This document shows positions 60,171 through 64,000 of a stretch of DNA of 64,000 bases, piece after piece. The DNA lies in NCBI RefSeq assembly GCF_001447785.1, contig NW_015162481.1, forward strand, positions 1,350,899 through 1,414,898, written 5' to 3'. This DNA is from Gekko japonicus. Taxonomy: Eukaryota. Positions within the stretch are counted from its first letter, which is position 1; each line of letters starts with the position of its first letter. The notes under the pieces were generated by a model that was given only the letters and a program-made list of their open reading frames with translations, was not told the DNA's origin and ran no database searches. The position numbers and the translations under genes were made by a program.

Positions 60171-62086
60171 CACATTACACATTACCAGAGCATTCACTGT
60201 TTGATCAGAAGAGGAAAAACAAAACAGAGTAGGCAATACCAAGCTAGATGGGCCCATGGCCTGACTTTTCATATGCATTGCTGGCGCATGAGAATGCCAT
60301 CCCAGAGATTTCTTTTTCACCTCTATTCTTTCTGTTTTGCACCAAACACGGAACAGGAGTCTGGGATCCAGCCAGGAGATGTGTATGCATGGAATTAGGC
60401 TTCTGGTTCTCTATCCACTAGCAGGATGAGGAACTTCAATTAAAGGGGTTGTATTCAAAGCATCCTGTCTGCAACTCGGTTGTACAGAGCAATGGGTGCA
60501 AGGGTCATGCTTTGCCCAGCAGCTGATTACAGTTCTGATTGCCAGCACCCATGCACAGCAGATAGATCAAGGCATTAATCCACAGTTATAAAGTGCACAC
60601 ATGTGAAAGTTTAGGGAAATCAGTGGGACTACTCAATATAACGTATCCCGGATTGTGTTGCAAATCATTTGAATTAGCTTATTGGTAATATCATCTTTTT
60701 TAAAAAACAAAGACACTGCTTACTTTAGTTGAATTCCCAAGAGGTCTGTTCCTTTTCTCCGCTGAGTCTCACTTTGCATGTGTTTGTTGTATGAGAAGTC
60801 CGCAGCGGTTCGCTCCGTGATTGGGATGACTCATTTGCTAATGGCTATTTTGTGACCAAGACCTCTTCAAGTGAACCAGGGTTACTGCTCTTTTCCACAC
60901 ATAACATGAAAAATATCCTTCCACCAAGCCGAGTAAGCTACAGCACATCTGCTGGAACTTGGCTTGTGTTCACTTCAGCATTACACATGCCCTTTGGTAA
61001 AGCAAACCACCTGTTGCCTGCGCACAATTTAGCCCCAAGCATTTGAAATGTTTCTCCAAGGAGGAAATCCATCCAAACCACTGATGGGGAGTGACAACCT
61101 TGGCATTCCCTTCTGCTCCGTTTGCTGGTGTGCCATTTATTGTACTCTCCCACAGAGCCCTGCGGTCTTTAGCCTCGTTTTTGCCCCTATAACGAAAACA
61201 CGGGGGTTCACACGATGCCAAAAAACGAACAGATTCTGTGTTTCCCATTTCGCAACTGGGACCGAGATCCCCTCCAAGTCACCATTCCAGATCCAAAAGC
61301 AAGTACTTAGTGAGTAATAGGGGAATGGGGGAGGGTGGGGGGGCTATAACAAGGAGAAAAGAGGGAAACAATTGTAGAAACATCCTGCGCTTTTTGCAAT
61401 ATGATACTGTTAATAAACTGTTATGCTAATCTCTCCTGTATAGAATTTCTCGTCTCGAGCCAAAATTTTACTTGTTCTTATACTATTTTATTTTTAGAAA
61501 CTGAGGCTAATCAGTAAAAATGTGGCAAAAGGCAATTTCAGGCCAAATCTCTTTTTTTGGGGGGGGGGGTTAGCAAGGGTGTTTCAGAGTTCACCAGCAT
61601 TCTTGGGTGGCAAAGGCTCCTTTTAGCCATAGCTGCTCATGGTGAGATCTGGCCATGGGGTGAGTTCAACTAATCCCTTCTACTGAGAGAGGATTCTTCC
61701 CCTGAGGGTACAAGTTTCCTCTGTTAAAGGGGAATCCTTGGACTGAACTCCATGGCTAAGAGGAGAGAGTTGTTGGAACGATCCTCACATCTAGCAAAAC
61801 CACCCAATAGGTGAGCTTCCGGTGTGTGTGAGGCAAACCTTGTAATTACAATAGGATGAGGGGACGTATTGTAGAAAGATCCACAATATGCCAGTTCAAG
61901 GAAGAACTCAACAGTATTCTGTGGATGACATCAAATCAGAAACAAATGTTGAAAATGCATCTATGGCTTCCTTGGAAGTGATACAGAAGACCTGGTTCAT
62001 TTACTTACCAAGATGTTAATTCTCTATGAGGTGGTGGAGTTGCTCTTTTCTATCATGTAGAATTGGGGGAAAAATTATATGAGCAG

Positions 62087-62306
62087 GTGGTGGTGGAAAG
62101 TGCCATCAAGTCGCCACTGACTTATTTCAGCCTTGTGGGGTTTTCAAGGCAAGAGGTGTTCAGAGGTGGTTTGCCATTGCCTGGCTTTGCATTGCAACCC
62201 TGGTATTCCTCGGAGGTCTCCCATCCAAATAGTATCCAGGTCTGTCCCTGCTTAGCTTCCAAGATCTGAAGAGATCAGGCTAGCCTGGGCTATCCACATC
62301 AGGGCA
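62087..62306 (-). mobile_element. 5S rRNA-derived SINE
   Basis: ggtctcccatccaaatagt…ccctgcttagcttccaagatctga is antisense to the 5S core. Confidence 0.8.
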
Positions 62307-63875
62307 TATAAGCAGGTACCAATCCCAAAAGAGGCATCAGTCTCACAAACCGGGCATCCGTAGAATGCTTGCATCATGTGTGATCTCATGTGTGGTAGAG
62401 GGTGAGGTGCTTTGTGCCGTCCCTATACGATGGCCCCATAAGTGTGTGAACAAGGCCACAGCCTCTTCTACCTGTCAGCTAATGAATTCCTCTCATTCAC
62501 TGTGGCAATCACCATTCATTAGTAGTATGTTTAGGAGCACAGCTTTGAACTTTTATTACCTCAAAGGTTGCTGTTTTCATCTGTAACTTCCATAATCATT
62601 TCCTATAGGTATCTGTCAATCCCCACAGCCACCATTTTAATAGAACCAGCCATCATGGCTTTGTTCCTTCATTATGACACCAGTTTGTGTCTTTCCAAGA
62701 TGGAGCAATAGATAATTTAGTAAACTTTTTCCCTTTGGCTTTTTTTCTCCTGGCACACATCAGGATGTAATAATTTGCCTCAGAAAAGTGCTGGGTAAGA
62801 TGATTACAGATGGCTGGTTGACCTTAGGACTTGCCTGTCAGGGACTTACTGTGGCCCCAACATCAAAAACAGACCCTCCAGCACTGAGTGTACAAAGCCA
62901 GCCTCCCATTACTTATGGTCTCCACCAAGTGAGGCATAACAGTAAATAGCACAGGCTGTGGGCCCCCACCCCTCAGTGGGTTCTTGAGGGCAAGTGACAT
63001 CTCAATACCACCCCCGTCTGGTATAAGGGAGAGAACTCCAACTGTGGCTTCAGAATGGTGGAACAATCTTGTCTGCAGCAGTGAAGTAGCGTGGGGGCTT
63101 CTGCCTAGTGCTGGAATGCTGGTTCTCTAGTCCACCCATGTTGGTTTTCCTGTGTACCCTCTCCCAGTCCATGGGGTCTTACAGTGAGGATACACTAACT
63201 CAGAGCTTACGAGCTGCTGTCCTTCATATACCGTTGATATCTGTGGTACCTGGCATTACATTTTATGGCACACATGGCCCGGCCCAACAAAGTGACATTT
63301 ATGTCAGATCTGGCCCTCATAACAAATTAGTTTGACACCTCTGATTTAAATTGTCTTGATATTTTCTGTTGATGTTACCCACCCTGAGCCTGCCCACGGG
63401 CAGGGCGGGATAAAGAGAGAGTGAGAGAGATGCACCACCACCACCCACAAGACTCCCTCCACTGTATCAAACACAACTAGGGAGGCACATTTAGATTTTA
63501 ATCAAGAATATAGATTCTTTTTTGGGGGGGGGGGAGAGGAGATAAGAGAAAAGGATATTTGTTAAAAGAAAAGATGTAATGTTTAATATGTTGTTATATC
63601 CAAAAATAAAAAGTTTGATTTTTTAAAAAAGAATATAGATTCTTTTTTTATTTGCTAGAAGAGGGAGGCTATGGCAAATCTAGGGAAAGGGCAGGACCTA
63701 CCCTGGGACCAGAGGCCCTCTCAAAAGTAAATTATAAACACACACAAACATTTATAGACACAATGAATGTATTCCTTTTAATTAATTGACCCCAGCTTGT
63801 CCCATGCTTAACCATAGAAAGGTATTTATTCAGTGAAGGCATGAGAATGACCCTTCTGATGTACAGAATGAAACC

Positions 63876-63878
<3 letters not shown>

Positions 63879-63921
<43 letters not shown>
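63879..63921. repeat. (GT)n microsatellite
   Basis: direct reading. Confidence 0.97.
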
Positions 63922-63924
<3 letters not shown>

Positions 63925-64000
63925 AGTGCCGTCAGGTCACTTCCACCTTATAGAAATTCTATGAATTAATGACCTCCAAAGCATCCTATCATTCACAGCC

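Noticed and set aside
58000-64000. 3' exons of a neighbouring gene (POP1 expected from recalled human synteny)
   Set aside because: No recognisable coding exon on either strand; only repeats and short ORFs such as a 43-codon one near 61889.

Overview
Vertebrate genomic DNA, almost certainly a squamate and probably a gecko. This is inferred from the repeat content: Sauria SINE, BovB, Squam2/Squam3-like SINEs, 5S-derived SINEs, CR1/L2 and many hAT/Harbinger MITEs. The window holds ten coding exons (exons 2-11 by human numbering) of one + strand gene, NIPAL2, a NIPA-family/DMT-superfamily putative Mg2+ transporter, spanning 5572-51219. I spliced it by hand: all introns are GT-AG, phases are consistent, and the 1002 nt give 333 aa plus stop. 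The first coding exon and promoter were not found and probably lie upstream. The rest is intronic or downstream DNA dense in transposon relics, with two assembly gaps (13303-14077, 55138-55157). Almost all ORFs in the supplied track are spurious. I see no convincing new multi-gene system. The most interesting observations are: (i) non-conservative changes at normally conserved NIPA positions despite an intact ORF; (ii) a hAT-MITE group spreading tandem octamer/TAATGARAT-like + CACCC + ETS motif modules through the locus; (iii) an 89-bp duplication flanking a 58-bp internal Sauria-SINE fragment, resembling a templated repair scar; (iv) a near-perfect 56-bp intronic hairpin carrying the ETS-CRE 16-mer; (v) an unexplained AT-rich segment with protein-like fragments beside the gap; (vi) a consensus 5' splice site inside the last coding exon. 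Comparisons to human NIPAL2 and repeat family names come from recall, not from a database search. Boundaries of old repeats are approximate.
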